Shown here piece by piece: positions 48,378-60,130 of a DNA stretch of 64,000 bases. The notes under the pieces are model-generated. The model saw nothing but the letters and a program-made list of their open reading frames with translations. It was not told where the DNA came from and made no database searches. The translations under genes and the position numbers were made by a program. Position 1 is the first letter of the stretch; every line of letters begins with the position of its first letter. The DNA lies in assembly GCA_963709345.1 (NCBI GenBank), contig CAVPVX010000011.1, forward strand, positions 1 through 64,000. The letters run 5' to 3'. This DNA is from an uncultured Actinomycetes bacterium (GTDB lineage: Bacteria > Actinomycetota > Thermoleophilia > UBA2241).

Positions 48378-49655
48378 GTGGACAAGGTAGGCATCGGGCT
48401 TCTCGGGTACGGCACCGTCGGGTCCGGCGTCGGCAAGCTCCTCAAGAAGAACGCCGCCGACATCACTCTCGCGACCGGCAAGACGGTAGAGCTGCGCCGG
48501 GTGCTCGAAAAGGACCCGGGCTTCAGCCACCCGGACCTCGACCCGGCACTGCTCACCACGCGCTTCGAGGACGTCATCGACGACCCCGGCATCGACATCG
48601 TCGTCGAGCTCATCGGCGGGGTAGGCGTGGCGCTCGACTTCCAGCTCCGCGCCCTCAAGGCCGGCAAGCATGTGGTGACCGCCAACAAGCAGCTGCTCGC
48701 CCAGCACGGCGCGGAGCTCTTCGCGGCGGCCGAGGAGAGCGGCGTGCACCTGCGCTTCGAGGCCAGCGCCGTCGGCGCCGTCCCCGTCGTCAAGGTGTTG
48801 CGCGAATCGCTCGTGGCCGCCGAGGTCGACACCATCTTCGGCATCGTCAACGGCACCACCAACTACATGCTGAGCGAGATGGCCGCGACCGGCGCCGACT
48901 ACGACGACGCGCTCGCGGAGGCCCAGCGACTGGGCTACGCCGAAGCCGACCCGACCGAGGACGTCGGCGGCAAGGATGCCGCCGCCAAGATGGCGATCCT
49001 CAGTTCCATCGGCTTCCACAGCCGCGCGAAGCTCGACGACGTGGCCTACGAGGGCATCACCGGTGTCACCTCCGTCGACATCGCGCACGGCACGCGCCTC
49101 GGGCTCGTGGCCAAGCTGCTGGGCGTCGCCAAGCTCATCGACGGGCGGATGAACGTACGTGTGTATCCCGCCTTCCTGCCGAAGACTCACCCGCTGGCCG
49201 GGGTGACGGGCGCCTACAACGCCGTCTTCCTCACCAGCGAGGCCTTCGACGAGATCATGCTGTTCGGCCCCGGCGCCGGCAGCGTGCCGACCGCGTCGGC
49301 GGTGATCGGCGACGTCGTCTCGGTGGTCAACACCGTCAAGGGCAGCTTCGTCCAGAACTGCCTGTGCTACAAAGCCGTGCCGTTCTTCCCCGACGAAGAC
49401 ATGGTGTCGAGGTTCTACCTCAGGTTGAGGGTGAATGATCGGCCGGGCGTGCTCGCCAAGGTCAGTGCGCTGTTCGGCGAGCACGGCGTCAGCATCCACT
49501 CCATGGTCCAGGAGGGCGGCGGTGACGAGGCCGAACTCGTCCTGCTGCTCCATCCCGTGCGAGAGGCGCAGTTCTTCACCGCCCTGGAGCAGATCGGGGC
49601 GCTGCCGGACGTGCACGGGGACACGACGGTGATCCGCGTCGAGGGCGACGCCTGA
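48378..49655 (+). CDS. hom: Homoserine dehydrogenase with ACT domain
   Basis: GLLGYGTVGSG, HVVTANK, GIVNGTTNY, AQ.LGYAEADPT.DV.G.DAA.K, GPGAG..PTASAV, DRPGVLA. Confidence 0.95.
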   Translation: MDKVGIGLLGYGTVGSGVGKLLKKNAADITLATGKTVELRRVLEKDPGFSHPDLDPALLTTRFEDVIDDPGIDIVVELIGGVGVALDFQLRALKAGKHVVTANKQLLAQHGAELFAAAEESGVHLRFEASAVGAVPVVKVLRESLVAAEVDTIFGIVNGTTNYMLSEMAATGADYDDALAEAQRLGYAEADPTEDVGGKDAAAKMAILSSIGFHSRAKLDDVAYEGITGVTSVDIAHGTRLGLVAKLLGVAKLIDGRMNVRVYPAFLPKTHPLAGVTGAYNAVFLTSEAFDEIMLFGPGAGSVPTASAVIGDVVSVVNTVKGSFVQNCLCYKAVPFFPDEDMVSRFYLRLRVNDRPGVLAKVSALFGEHGVSIHSMVQEGGGDEAELVLLLHPVREAQFFTALEQIGALPDVHGDTTVIRVEGDA

Positions 49656-49678
49656 GCGGCGTCGGGAGAGGAGTCAGC

Positions 49679-50878
49679 ATGAGCAAAGGAAAGAGCGGCC
49701 GCATCGCGATCCTGACCGGCGGCGGCGACATCCCGGGCCTCAACCCGGCGATCCGCGCCGTCACCCTGAGGGCGCTGAGCGAGGGCTTCGATGTGATCGG
49801 CATCCGTCGCGGGTGGGCCGGGCTCGTCGAGCTGCGTCGCGACGAGGCCGCGGACAACAGCGCCTGCGTCATGCAGTTGACCGCGGAGCTCGTGAACCGG
49901 CACGCGTACACCGGCGGGACCTTCCTGCACTCCTCGCGCACGCGGCCGAGCGCCGTGCCGGCGAAGGACGTGCCGGCTCACCTCCAGGAGACGTACACGG
50001 CCGAGAAGAACGACCTGACCGACGAGGTCATCGCCAATCTCGAGTTCCTCGGCGTCGACTTCCTGGTGCCCGCCGGAGGCGACGACACGCTGAGCTACGG
50101 CGTCGAGCTCGGCCGCCGCGGCTTTCCCGTCGTGGCCATCCCCAAGACCATGGACAACGACGTGCCCGGCACCGACTACTGCATGGGCTTCGGCACCTGC
50201 GTGAACCGCACCATTCAGCTCGCACACCAGGTGACCAGTTCGGCGGCTTCACACGAGCGCATCGTCGTGCTCGAGGTCTTCGGCCGTTACGCGGGGTTCA
50301 CCGCGCTTCTGCCGACGTTCGCCGGCGCTGCCCAGCGCTGCCTCATCCCCGAGCACGAGTTCGAGATCGAGAAGCTCACCGAGCTGATCGTCGCCGATCG
50401 CAACGCACACCCGGACAAGCTCGCGGTGTGCATCGTCAGCGAGGGCGCGATGCCCGCCGGCGGCGAGATGGTGTTCGAGGGCGGCGAGAAGGATCAGTAC
50501 GGTCACGCCAAGCTCGGCGGCATCGGGCAGCGCGTGAGCGCCCGTATCAAGGAGCTCTCGCCGCGGTTCAACGACGGCCGCAAGATCGACATGATCAGCA
50601 TGAACCTCGGCTATCTCGTGCGCAGCGGGGCGCCGGATGCCGTGGACTGTATCGTGCCGACGGCGTACGGCAATCTCGCTCTCGACCTGATCCTGCGCGG
50701 CGAGACGGGACGCATGGTCGCGCTGGCCGGCGGCCGCTACGGCTCCGTCCCGATCGAGGAGGTCGTGGCCACCAAGAAGGTCGTCGACGTCGACCGCTAC
50801 TACGACGTCGAGTCGTACCGCCCGAAGTACACTGCTCTCGAGCTGTCGCCGATGATGGTGCTGGGCGGCGCCGGGTGA
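49679..50878 (+). CDS. pfkA: 6-phosphofructokinase family protein (GGDD motif; possibly PPi-dependent)
   Basis: LTGGGD.PGLN, GGT.L.SSR, GGDDT, IPKTMDND, EVFGR.AG, LGY.VRSG. Confidence 0.9.
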   Translation: MSKGKSGRIAILTGGGDIPGLNPAIRAVTLRALSEGFDVIGIRRGWAGLVELRRDEAADNSACVMQLTAELVNRHAYTGGTFLHSSRTRPSAVPAKDVPAHLQETYTAEKNDLTDEVIANLEFLGVDFLVPAGGDDTLSYGVELGRRGFPVVAIPKTMDNDVPGTDYCMGFGTCVNRTIQLAHQVTSSAASHERIVVLEVFGRYAGFTALLPTFAGAAQRCLIPEHEFEIEKLTELIVADRNAHPDKLAVCIVSEGAMPAGGEMVFEGGEKDQYGHAKLGGIGQRVSARIKELSPRFNDGRKIDMISMNLGYLVRSGAPDAVDCIVPTAYGNLALDLILRGETGRMVALAGGRYGSVPIEEVVATKKVVDVDRYYDVESYRPKYTALELSPMMVLGGAG

Positions 50879-50918
50879 TCATGCCGCTTCCGCCGGATCG
50901 CTCGCGAAGGAGGAACTG

Positions 50919-52097
50919 ATGCGCAAACGAGTCCTGCTCGTTCCCGACGGCATGGCCGACGAGCCGCAGGCCGCGCTCGGCGGGCGCACGCCGCTCGAGG
51001 CGGCGGACACACCCGCCATGGACGGCCTGGCCCGCGGTGGCATCGTCGGTCTCGTGCACACGGTGCCGGACGGCATGGCGCCGGCCAGCGACGTCGCCAA
51101 CCTCGCGCTGCTCGGGTACGACCCGGCCGCCGTGTACAGCGGGCGCAGCCCGCTCGAGGCGGCCAGTATCGGGGTCGACCTCGGCCCCGATGATGTCGCG
51201 TACCGCCTGAACTTCGTCACCATCGCCGGCGGCGTGATGAAGGACAACACCGCCGGTCACATCGACACCGCGGAGGCGCGCCTCTGCGTGGAGGCGCTCG
51301 AGGCCGAGCTCGGCGGCGGACCCTTCGAGTTCCACACCGGGGTCAGCTACCGCCACCTGCTCGTCTGGCGCGGCGGCGCCGTCGTGCCGTGCACGCCGCC
51401 GCACGACATCCTCGAGCAGCCGGTGGCCGGCCAGCTGCCCGGCGTCGCCGCGGGCGTCGCCGCCGACGGCTCCCCCGCAGCGCGCCTGGGCGAGCTTCAG
51501 CGGCGGGCGGACGACGTCCTCGAGCGCGTCCGACCCGGAACGAGCGCCTGGCTCTGGGGCGAGGGCACGGCGCCGCGCATGCCCCGCTTCTCCGACCTGT
51601 ACAGCTTGAGCGGCGCCGTCGTCGGAGCGGTCGACCTCGTGCGTGGGCTGGGCCGTGTGGTCGGGCTCGACGTGGTCGACGTGCCCGGCGCCACCGGCGA
51701 TCTGCGGACCGACTACGGCGCCAAGGCGCGGGCCGTCGTCGCCGCGCTCGAGGACCACGACTTCGTGTGGGTGCACGTGGAGGCGCCGGACGAGGCCGCC
51801 CACATGGGCGATCTGGCCGAGAAGGTCCGCGCCATCACCCGCGTCGACTCCGAGGTGCTGGCGCCGATCCTTCTGGCGCCGACGCGCCCGGCCGTCATGG
51901 TGCTGCCCGATCATCTGACCCCGGTGCGCACGCAGACGCACGCCGTCGGCCCCGTGCCCTTCGTCATCAGCGAGCCGCTACCGGGCAGGGGCGGCGGTGG
52001 CGCCATGGCCTTCGGCGAGTCGCAGGCGTCGCACACCGGCCTCGTGGTGGACGACGGTCCCTCGCTCATGCGGTTGTTTCTCGAGGCGACAGGGTGA
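50919..52097 (+). CDS. apgM: Cofactor-independent phosphoglycerate mutase (ApgM type)
   Basis: DGMAD.P...LG.RTPLE.A.TP.MD, SDVANL, GRSPLEA, HVEAPDEA.H.G, PDH.TP....TH. Confidence 0.9.
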   Translation: MRKRVLLVPDGMADEPQAALGGRTPLEAADTPAMDGLARGGIVGLVHTVPDGMAPASDVANLALLGYDPAAVYSGRSPLEAASIGVDLGPDDVAYRLNFVTIAGGVMKDNTAGHIDTAEARLCVEALEAELGGGPFEFHTGVSYRHLLVWRGGAVVPCTPPHDILEQPVAGQLPGVAAGVAADGSPAARLGELQRRADDVLERVRPGTSAWLWGEGTAPRMPRFSDLYSLSGAVVGAVDLVRGLGRVVGLDVVDVPGATGDLRTDYGAKARAVVAALEDHDFVWVHVEAPDEAAHMGDLAEKVRAITRVDSEVLAPILLAPTRPAVMVLPDHLTPVRTQTHAVGPVPFVISEPLPGRGGGGAMAFGESQASHTGLVVDDGPSLMRLFLEATG

Positions 52098-52176
52098 GAT
52101 CTGGGCCGGCGGACGAAATGCCACGGCTCGCCCGCCGCTTCCCGGGCTCTCCCGATCGGAGGAGGTGAGCCGAGTC

Positions 52177-54390
52177 ATGAGCGCGTCCCGAGAGCAGCCC
52201 GAGGGACCGTCGCCGCAGCGTGACCGGCCGGCCGCGGTCGACCCCGTGGCGACGACCAGCGCCGAGCGCTACGTGATGAGCGGCGGCCGCACGTCTCGTC
52301 TCTCCATCAAGGAGGGCGACCTCTTCCTCTACTCCAACGAGCTCGGTCAGATCCCGGGCGCGGAGAATTCTGCTCTCGGGCTCTACTACCGCGACACCCG
52401 GCACCTCAGCCGGCACGAGCTGACGATCGCGGGACGCCAGCCGGTGCTGCTGAGCGCGAGCGCCGAGCGCGGGTACTCGGCCACGATCGAGCTGACCAAC
52501 CTCGAGGCGCGAACCGCGGATGGGCGCACTCTGCCGCAGGCCAGCGTGCACGTCCGGCGCACGCGCTTCGTCTCCGGCCGCGTGTACGAGCGCGTGCGCG
52601 TGCGCAACTACGACCGGCGCGAGGTCGATCTCGTGCTCGACCTGCACTTCGCCGCGGACTTCGCCGATCTCTTCGAGATCCGGGGCACACGCCGGCGCAG
52701 GAGGGGCACGCGGCTGGAGCCCAAGGTAGAAGGCGACTGTCTGTCACTCGCGTACCTGGGCCTGGACGAGGTCGTCCGCAGGACGATCATCCACTTCGAG
52801 GACCCGCCGGACTCGATCAGGCAGGGCAGGGCGCGCTATCGGCTGCGGCTGGCGCCCGGAGCGCGTGTGGTGCTCAGCTACGACATGCGGGTGGTGGGGC
52901 CGGAGGCGCCCGGGGAAGACGTCGTCCCGTTCAACCAGGCTCTCGGCGCCCTGCGGCGCGACCACGAACGCTGGGAGTCCGGGGCCAGCGGCGTCTTCAC
53001 CGACAACGACACGGTCAACCTGGTCCTGAGACGCGGGCAGCAGGACCTGCGCATGCTCTCGACGACCATCGGCGGAGAGCGGATCGCGCTGGCCGGGCTG
53101 CCCTGGTTCATGGCCCCGTTCGGTCGCGAGTTGGCGCTGCTCGGCCTGCAGACCCTGCTGCTCGACGTGCGCTGGGCTCAGGCCGCGGCGGACTTCCTGG
53201 CGCGTCGCCAGGGCACGCACGACAGCGCCTTTCGCGAGGAGCAACCCGGCAAGATCATGCACGAACTGCGGCGCGGCGAGCTCGCCGAGCTCCGCGCCGT
53301 GCCGCACACCCCCTACTACGGCTCCGTCGACGCCACCCCGCTCTGGCTGCTGCTCGTCGCCGAGCTCGCGATGTGGACCGGTGACCTCGACGGGTTCGAG
53401 ATGCGCTCGGCCGCCATCGATGCCGCTCTGGGCTGGATCGACGGCGCCGGCGATCCGGACGGCGACGGCTTCGTCGAGTACGAGCGGCGCTCCCGGCAGG
53501 GGCTGCGCAATCAGGGGTGGCGTGACTCTGCCGACGCCGTGATGCACGCCGACGGGTCGCAGGCGGAGGGGCCGATCGCCCTGGCCGAGACGCAGGGCTA
53601 CGTCTACTACGCCAAGCGCCGCCTCGCCGCCGTCTTCAGCCAGCTCGGCGACGTCGAGCGGGCCGAGCGTCTGTCTCAGGATGCGGCCAGGCTGAAGCGA
53701 TCGTTCAACGAGCAGTTCTGGATGGAGGACGAGGGCTACTTCGCCATGGCTCTCGACGGCCGGAAGCGGCAAGTGCGCACGGTGTGCTCGACGATCGGTC
53801 ACGCCCTCTGGTCGCGGATCGTGGCCGAAGAGCACGTCCCGGCGGTCGTCAAGCGTCTCACCTCGCCGGACATGTTCACCGGGTGGGGTGTCCGCACCGT
53901 GAGCAAGGAGGCGCGCGCCTACAACCCGGTGAGCTTCTACAACGGGAGCGTCTGGCCGGCCGACACGGCGTTGATCGCCAACGGCATGAAGAAGCACGGG
54001 TACGTCCAGGAGTCGAACCGCCTCGCCTGGGGACTGGTCGAGGCGGCGGCTGCGCACGAGTACTCGCGGCTACCGGAGATGTTCTGCGGCTTCACCCGGC
54101 AGGCGATCGACCGGCCGGTCTCGTTCCCCATGGCGTGTTCGCCCGCCGCCAATTCCTCGGCTGCGCTCTTCGTCGTCCTCCAGGCGATGCTCGGCATCTA
54201 CGCGCAGGCCGAGGAGAACATCGTCTACGTGCACAACCCGGTGCTGCCCAAGTGGCTCGGCGAGGTCACGCTCAGCAGCCTGCGCGTCGGACGTACCACC
54301 ATGCGCCTGCGCTTTCGTCGCGAGGGCGGCCAGACGAGCTTCGCGGTGCTCGACAAGCAGGGCCCGGGCCGTATCGTGGTGGTAGAGTGA
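52177..54390 (+). CDS. Glycogen debranching enzyme-like amylo-alpha-1,6-glucosidase
   Basis: GLY..DTR.LS, ADF.D.FE.RG, AG.PWF...FGR, EQPGKI.HE.R, YYGSVDATPL, NQGW.DS, YNP.S..NGSVWP, RLPE.FCG. Confidence 0.88.
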   Translation: MSASREQPEGPSPQRDRPAAVDPVATTSAERYVMSGGRTSRLSIKEGDLFLYSNELGQIPGAENSALGLYYRDTRHLSRHELTIAGRQPVLLSASAERGYSATIELTNLEARTADGRTLPQASVHVRRTRFVSGRVYERVRVRNYDRREVDLVLDLHFAADFADLFEIRGTRRRRRGTRLEPKVEGDCLSLAYLGLDEVVRRTIIHFEDPPDSIRQGRARYRLRLAPGARVVLSYDMRVVGPEAPGEDVVPFNQALGALRRDHERWESGASGVFTDNDTVNLVLRRGQQDLRMLSTTIGGERIALAGLPWFMAPFGRELALLGLQTLLLDVRWAQAAADFLARRQGTHDSAFREEQPGKIMHELRRGELAELRAVPHTPYYGSVDATPLWLLLVAELAMWTGDLDGFEMRSAAIDAALGWIDGAGDPDGDGFVEYERRSRQGLRNQGWRDSADAVMHADGSQAEGPIALAETQGYVYYAKRRLAAVFSQLGDVERAERLSQDAARLKRSFNEQFWMEDEGYFAMALDGRKRQVRTVCSTIGHALWSRIVAEEHVPAVVKRLTSPDMFTGWGVRTVSKEARAYNPVSFYNGSVWPADTALIANGMKKHGYVQESNRLAWGLVEAAAAHEYSRLPEMFCGFTRQAIDRPVSFPMACSPAANSSAALFVVLQAMLGIYAQAEENIVYVHNPVLPKWLGEVTLSSLRVGRTTMRLRFRREGGQTSFAVLDKQGPGRIVVVE

Positions 54391-54425
54391 CCCGGGACTG
54401 AGGCGGTCCGCGGGGGACGCACAGG

Positions 54426-55208
54426 ATGACGCAGCTCACCATCGCCCACATCAGCGATCTGCACGCCGGCTCTCCGTACTTCGTGCCCAGCCTCATGGAC
54501 CGCGTCGTCATCGAGCTCAACGAGCTGGCTCCGGAGATCGTCCTCTGCACTGGCGACCTCACCGAGATGGGCTTCCGCCAGGACTACGTGACCGCCTGCG
54601 AGTATCTGCGGCGGATCGAGGCGCCGCAGGTCGTGATCCCCGGCAACCACGACGCCCGCAACGTCGGGTACGTGCACTTCGAGGAGATGGTCGGGCCGCG
54701 CTGGCAGAACATCCATCTTGACGACCTGACGATCGTCGCCGTCGACTCGACGGAGCCGGATCTCGACCACGGCCAGATCGGCCGGGCGCTCTATGACCGG
54801 CTCAGGGAGGAGTACGCCCGCCCGGCCGCGTTCCGCATCTTCATGCTGCACCACCACCTGCTTCCCGTCCCGGGCACGGGTCGTGAGCGCAACATCGTCT
54901 ACGACGCCGGGGACCTGCTCGAAGTGCTCCAGGAGTGTGGCGTGAACCTGGTGCTCTCGGGGCACAAGCACGTGCCGTACGCGTGGCGTCTCGAGCGCCT
55001 CTTCGTGGTGAACGCCGGGACCTGCAGTTCGCTTCGCCTGCGCGGCAACACGAAGGCCTGCTACAACGTGATCCGCGTGGACGACGACCGCGTGCGGGTG
55101 GTGCGCAAGTACCCGTTCCACGGGGAGGAGACGCTGATCGACTTCGTGCCATCTACGGCCTCCTTCGAGAAGTACATCTGCTCCGTGCCCGAGGAGGAAG
55201 TGCGATAG
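54426..55208 (+). CDS. Metallophosphoesterase (calcineurin-like)
   Basis: SDLH, TGDLT, PGNHD, HHH, SGHKH. Confidence 0.9.
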   Translation: MTQLTIAHISDLHAGSPYFVPSLMDRVVIELNELAPEIVLCTGDLTEMGFRQDYVTACEYLRRIEAPQVVIPGNHDARNVGYVHFEEMVGPRWQNIHLDDLTIVAVDSTEPDLDHGQIGRALYDRLREEYARPAAFRIFMLHHHLLPVPGTGRERNIVYDAGDLLEVLQECGVNLVLSGHKHVPYAWRLERLFVVNAGTCSSLRLRGNTKACYNVIRVDDDRVRVVRKYPFHGEETLIDFVPSTASFEKYICSVPEEEVR

Positions 55209-56653
55209 GCAAGAGCCTGCCGCGCGCCGTCGCTCTCATCGACGGCGAACACTACCCACCGGTCGTGGCCGCCGCGCTGGCAGGCCTGGGCGACAGCTAC
55301 GATGTCGTCGCCGGTCTCTTCGCCGGGGGGCGCGAGAAGCTGCGCGGCGGCGCGACCGCGGGCCCCGGGCTGCCCGCGCTCGCGGCGGAGGTCGGCCTGC
55401 CGAGACTCGACGTCGTCGAACTGCGGTCGGGTGCGGTGCACGAGGCGCTCGACGCGGTGCGCGCGGCCCTGCGCTCGGCGCGCGCCGCCGCGCTCGTGGA
55501 TCTCAGCGACGAGCCGGTCGTCGGGTACCGCGAGCGCTTTCTCCTCATGAGCGCCGCGCTCGCCGAGGGCGCCCGGTACGTGGCCGCAGACACCGAGGTG
55601 CGGCCGCAGGCCTTCGCGCGGCTGGAGGCTATGCCGTCCCTCGCCGTGATCGGCACGGGCAAGCGGGTCGGCAAGACCGCCGTGAGCGGCTGGCTGGCGC
55701 GGCGGCTCGACGCCGCTCGGCGGGCGGACGGCGGCCTCATCGTCGTTGCCATGGGCCGCGGCGGACCGCCGGAGCCGGAGGTGATCGCCGGCGGCGAGGG
55801 GCTTGGCTCCGCCGACCTGCTCGCCGCCTCACGCGCCGGCAGGCACGCGGCGAGCGACTGCTACGAGGACGCCGCGCTCGCCGGTGTCATGGCGATCGGG
55901 TGCCGGCGGTGCGGCGGCGGGCTCGCCGGCGCGCCGTTCGACGACAACGTCCGCGTCGCGCTGCCGCTCGTGGAGTCGAGCGGCGCGGCGCTCGCCGTCA
56001 TCGAGGGCAGCGGCGCGGTCGTGCCGCCGGTGGCCGCCGACGCGACACTCTGCGTGGCCGGCGCCGGCCAGCCGCCGGACTACGTGAGCGGCTATCTTGG
56101 GACGTACCGGCTGCTGCTCAGCGACGTCCTCGTCATCACCCAGTGCGAGCTGCCGTTCGCCGAGCCCGGCGACGTCGAGGCGCTGACCGCCGCGGCCCGA
56201 GCTGTGAACCCCCGGCTCGAGACGATCGCGACGGTGTTCCGGCCGCGGCCGGCGCAGTCCGTCCGCGGGCGCCGGGTGGCCTTCTTCACGACGGCTCCCA
56301 GGGGCGCCGCGCCGACGCTCGAGCGGGCGCTCGCCGAAGAGCACGGAGCGGACGTCGTGCTGGTGTCATGCGACCTCGCCGACCGCGCGCGCCTCACGCT
56401 CGCCGTCGAGCGCGCCGCCGCGGAGGCGGAGGTGTTCCTCACCGAGATCAAGGCGGCGGCCGTCGACGTGGTCGCCGAGGCCGCTGCGACGTTCGGGCGC
56501 GAACTCGTGTTCTGCGACAACGAGCCGGTCGCTCTCGCCGGAGAGCTGGGGCCGGCGGTCGACCGTCTCGCCGCGCTCGCCGCCGAGCGCTTCGCGGCGC
56601 GCCGCGCCGGGCAACCCGTGACCGGCGCGGCCCGGGACGCGCCGGGGCGCTGA
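55205..56653 (+). CDS. cpgS: Cyclic 2,3-diphosphoglycerate synthetase (probable ATA start)
   Basis: ALIDGEHYPPV, DLSDEPV....RF, IGTGKRVGKTA, VAMGRGGP.EP, HAASD.YEDA, GCRRCGGGLAG, EGSGA..PP, TEIKAAAVDVV. Confidence 0.88.
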   Translation: MGKSLPRAVALIDGEHYPPVVAAALAGLGDSYDVVAGLFAGGREKLRGGATAGPGLPALAAEVGLPRLDVVELRSGAVHEALDAVRAALRSARAAALVDLSDEPVVGYRERFLLMSAALAEGARYVAADTEVRPQAFARLEAMPSLAVIGTGKRVGKTAVSGWLARRLDAARRADGGLIVVAMGRGGPPEPEVIAGGEGLGSADLLAASRAGRHAASDCYEDAALAGVMAIGCRRCGGGLAGAPFDDNVRVALPLVESSGAALAVIEGSGAVVPPVAADATLCVAGAGQPPDYVSGYLGTYRLLLSDVLVITQCELPFAEPGDVEALTAAARAVNPRLETIATVFRPRPAQSVRGRRVAFFTTAPRGAAPTLERALAEEHGADVVLVSCDLADRARLTLAVERAAAEAEVFLTEIKAAAVDVVAEAAATFGRELVFCDNEPVALAGELGPAVDRLAALAAERFAARRAGQPVTGAARDAPGR

Positions 56654-57603
56654 TGGCGACCGACGACCGCGACACCCCGCTCGTCGACGAGGGGGCGTCC
56701 GCGCCGTTCAGCAAGGGTCTCATGGCGCAGACCCTGATGGCCACGGGCCTCGCCCCGGAGCGGGCCTACAACGTGGCCGCCGCCGTGGAGCGGCGTCTGC
56801 AGCGCTGCGGCCCGGCGGCGCTCACCCTCGGCGACCTGCGCGAGATCGCGCTCGAGCAGCTCGGGCCGGCCGAGGGCGACGTCCTCATCGAGCGCTTTCG
56901 CCAGTGGCAGAAGCTCCGCCGTCTGGAGACTCCCCTGATCGTGCTCATCGGCGGCGCAACCGGCGTCGGCAAGAGCACGCTGGCGACCCAGCTGGCTCAC
57001 CGGCTCGGCATCACCCGCGTGATCAGCACGGACATGGTCCGCCAGACGATGCGCGCCTTCTTCGCCCCGGAGCTGATGCCGGCCATCCACACGTCGTCGT
57101 TCGACGCCGCGTCGGCCGTGCGCGTGCCCGTGCCGCGTGAGACCGACCTCAGCAAGATGGGGTTCATCGAGCAGACGAAGGCAGTGTCCGTCGGCATCGA
57201 AGCGCTCATCGCTCGCGGAATCGACGAGGCGCAGCGCCTCGTGGTGGAGGGCGTGCACGTTGTCCCCGGGTACCTTGACCGCTCGCGCTGGGGCGAGGCC
57301 ATCGTCCTCGAGTTGGTGCTCGCCGTCGGCGACAAGGACCGCCACCGCGGCAACTTCACCGTGCGCGAGTGGGAGACGGGGGGCATCCGCCCGTTGCGGC
57401 GTTACATCGAGCACTTCGCCGACATCCGCCGGATCCAGAAGTACATCGTCGGCCGGGCCCGGGCGCTCGGCGTCCCGGTCGTCGACGGGCCGAGTCTCGA
57501 CGCCAACCTCAACGAAGTGCTGGGGACGATCCTGCGGCGCGTGGAGGAAGAGGGGGCCGACTCCGACGCCGGGCCGCCGCCCCTGTGGGATCCTCGGGCT
57601 TGA
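56653..57603 (+). CDS. pgk2: 2-phosphoglycerate kinase (ATP-cone plus kinase)
   Basis: PFSKGL, LIGGATGVGKST.A..LA.RLGI..V.STD..R, IH.SSF, VEGVH.VP, RY...F..IR.IQ; coupled to cpgS. Confidence 0.85.
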   Translation: MATDDRDTPLVDEGASAPFSKGLMAQTLMATGLAPERAYNVAAAVERRLQRCGPAALTLGDLREIALEQLGPAEGDVLIERFRQWQKLRRLETPLIVLIGGATGVGKSTLATQLAHRLGITRVISTDMVRQTMRAFFAPELMPAIHTSSFDAASAVRVPVPRETDLSKMGFIEQTKAVSVGIEALIARGIDEAQRLVVEGVHVVPGYLDRSRWGEAIVLELVLAVGDKDRHRGNFTVREWETGGIRPLRRYIEHFADIRRIQKYIVGRARALGVPVVDGPSLDANLNEVLGTILRRVEEEGADSDAGPPPLWDPRA

Positions 57604-57958
57604 GCCGCGGTGCGACCGCCGCGCCCGGCGGCTTCAGTTCCTGAGCGCCCGTCCGATACACTGAGTGCCCCCTTCCGGTCGCGTCGTCGCACGAGTGCTC
57701 TCGCGTCGTGCGTGGCGCAGGGGGTTCCGATCGAGACCCGTGACCCCGCGGGGCGCCTCCGACGCCGGGCCGGGTCCACGCCGTCGGTGGCGACGGCCCA
57801 CGAGAGTACTGGGAATCTCTTGCGCGGTATGACATACTCTGGGACGGAGCCCGCACGGACTCCGCCTTCCATCGCACCATCCACCTCTACTCGTATGGCA
57901 TCTCTCCAGCGCCGTGGCGCACAGCCATGCTGGGCGACGCCGGGAGTCACGGGAGCCC

Positions 57959-59551
<1,593 letters not shown>

Positions 59552-59788
59552 TCACCGTCGGCGGGGCGCTGCGCGACGACCACCGTCGCGGCGTTCGTCG
59601 GGTCCGCGCCGCGCCGGTCATGCCGGGACGGCGCCCGCCCACGTGAGGTCCCGGTCCGGCGCGAGCGCCACGCGCGGCCGCGGGGGGCGATTCGAAGGCG
59701 TGGGGCGGTTCGTGCTATCATGCCGCTTCGGCCCCCGTGCGGGCCACGCCTGCCACCACCGGGTTTTCTCACGAAGGGATCCGTGAAG

Positions 59789-60118
59789 ATGAAGAACGAT
59801 ATCCATCCGCAGTACGAAGAGGCGACCGTGCGCTGCAGCTGCGGCAACACGTTCACGACGCGCAGCACCAAGAAGGAGTTGCACGTAGAGCTCTGCTCGC
59901 AGTGTCACCCGTTCTACACCGGGAAGCAGAAGCTGGTCGACTCCGGCGGTCGCGTCGACCGTTTCAAGCGCCGTCTCGAGAAGAGAGCCGAGCCCGTCGA
60001 GCCGAAGGCCGCCAAGAAGGCGCCCAAGGCCGCCAAGGTCGAGGCGGTCAAGGCCGAGCCCGTCGAGGCTGCGGCCTCCGAAGCCGCGCCCGTCGAGGCT
60101 GACGCCGCCAAGGCCTGA
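59789..60118 (+). CDS. rpmE: 50S ribosomal protein L31 (Zn-binding type) with Ala/Lys/Glu-rich C-terminal extension
   Basis: [34 protein letters not shown]. Confidence 0.95.
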   Translation: MKNDIHPQYEEATVRCSCGNTFTTRSTKKELHVELCSQCHPFYTGKQKLVDSGGRVDRFKRRLEKRAEPVEPKAAKKAPKAAKVEAVKAEPVEAAASEAAPVEADAAKA

Positions 60119-60130
60119 CGAGGGCGTGCG

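Noticed and set aside
46221-49616. Very long antisense ORFs (1131 aa here; also 23599-25905 and 60732-62849)
   Set aside because: Shadow ORFs opposite well-supported genes, typical of high-GC codon bias.
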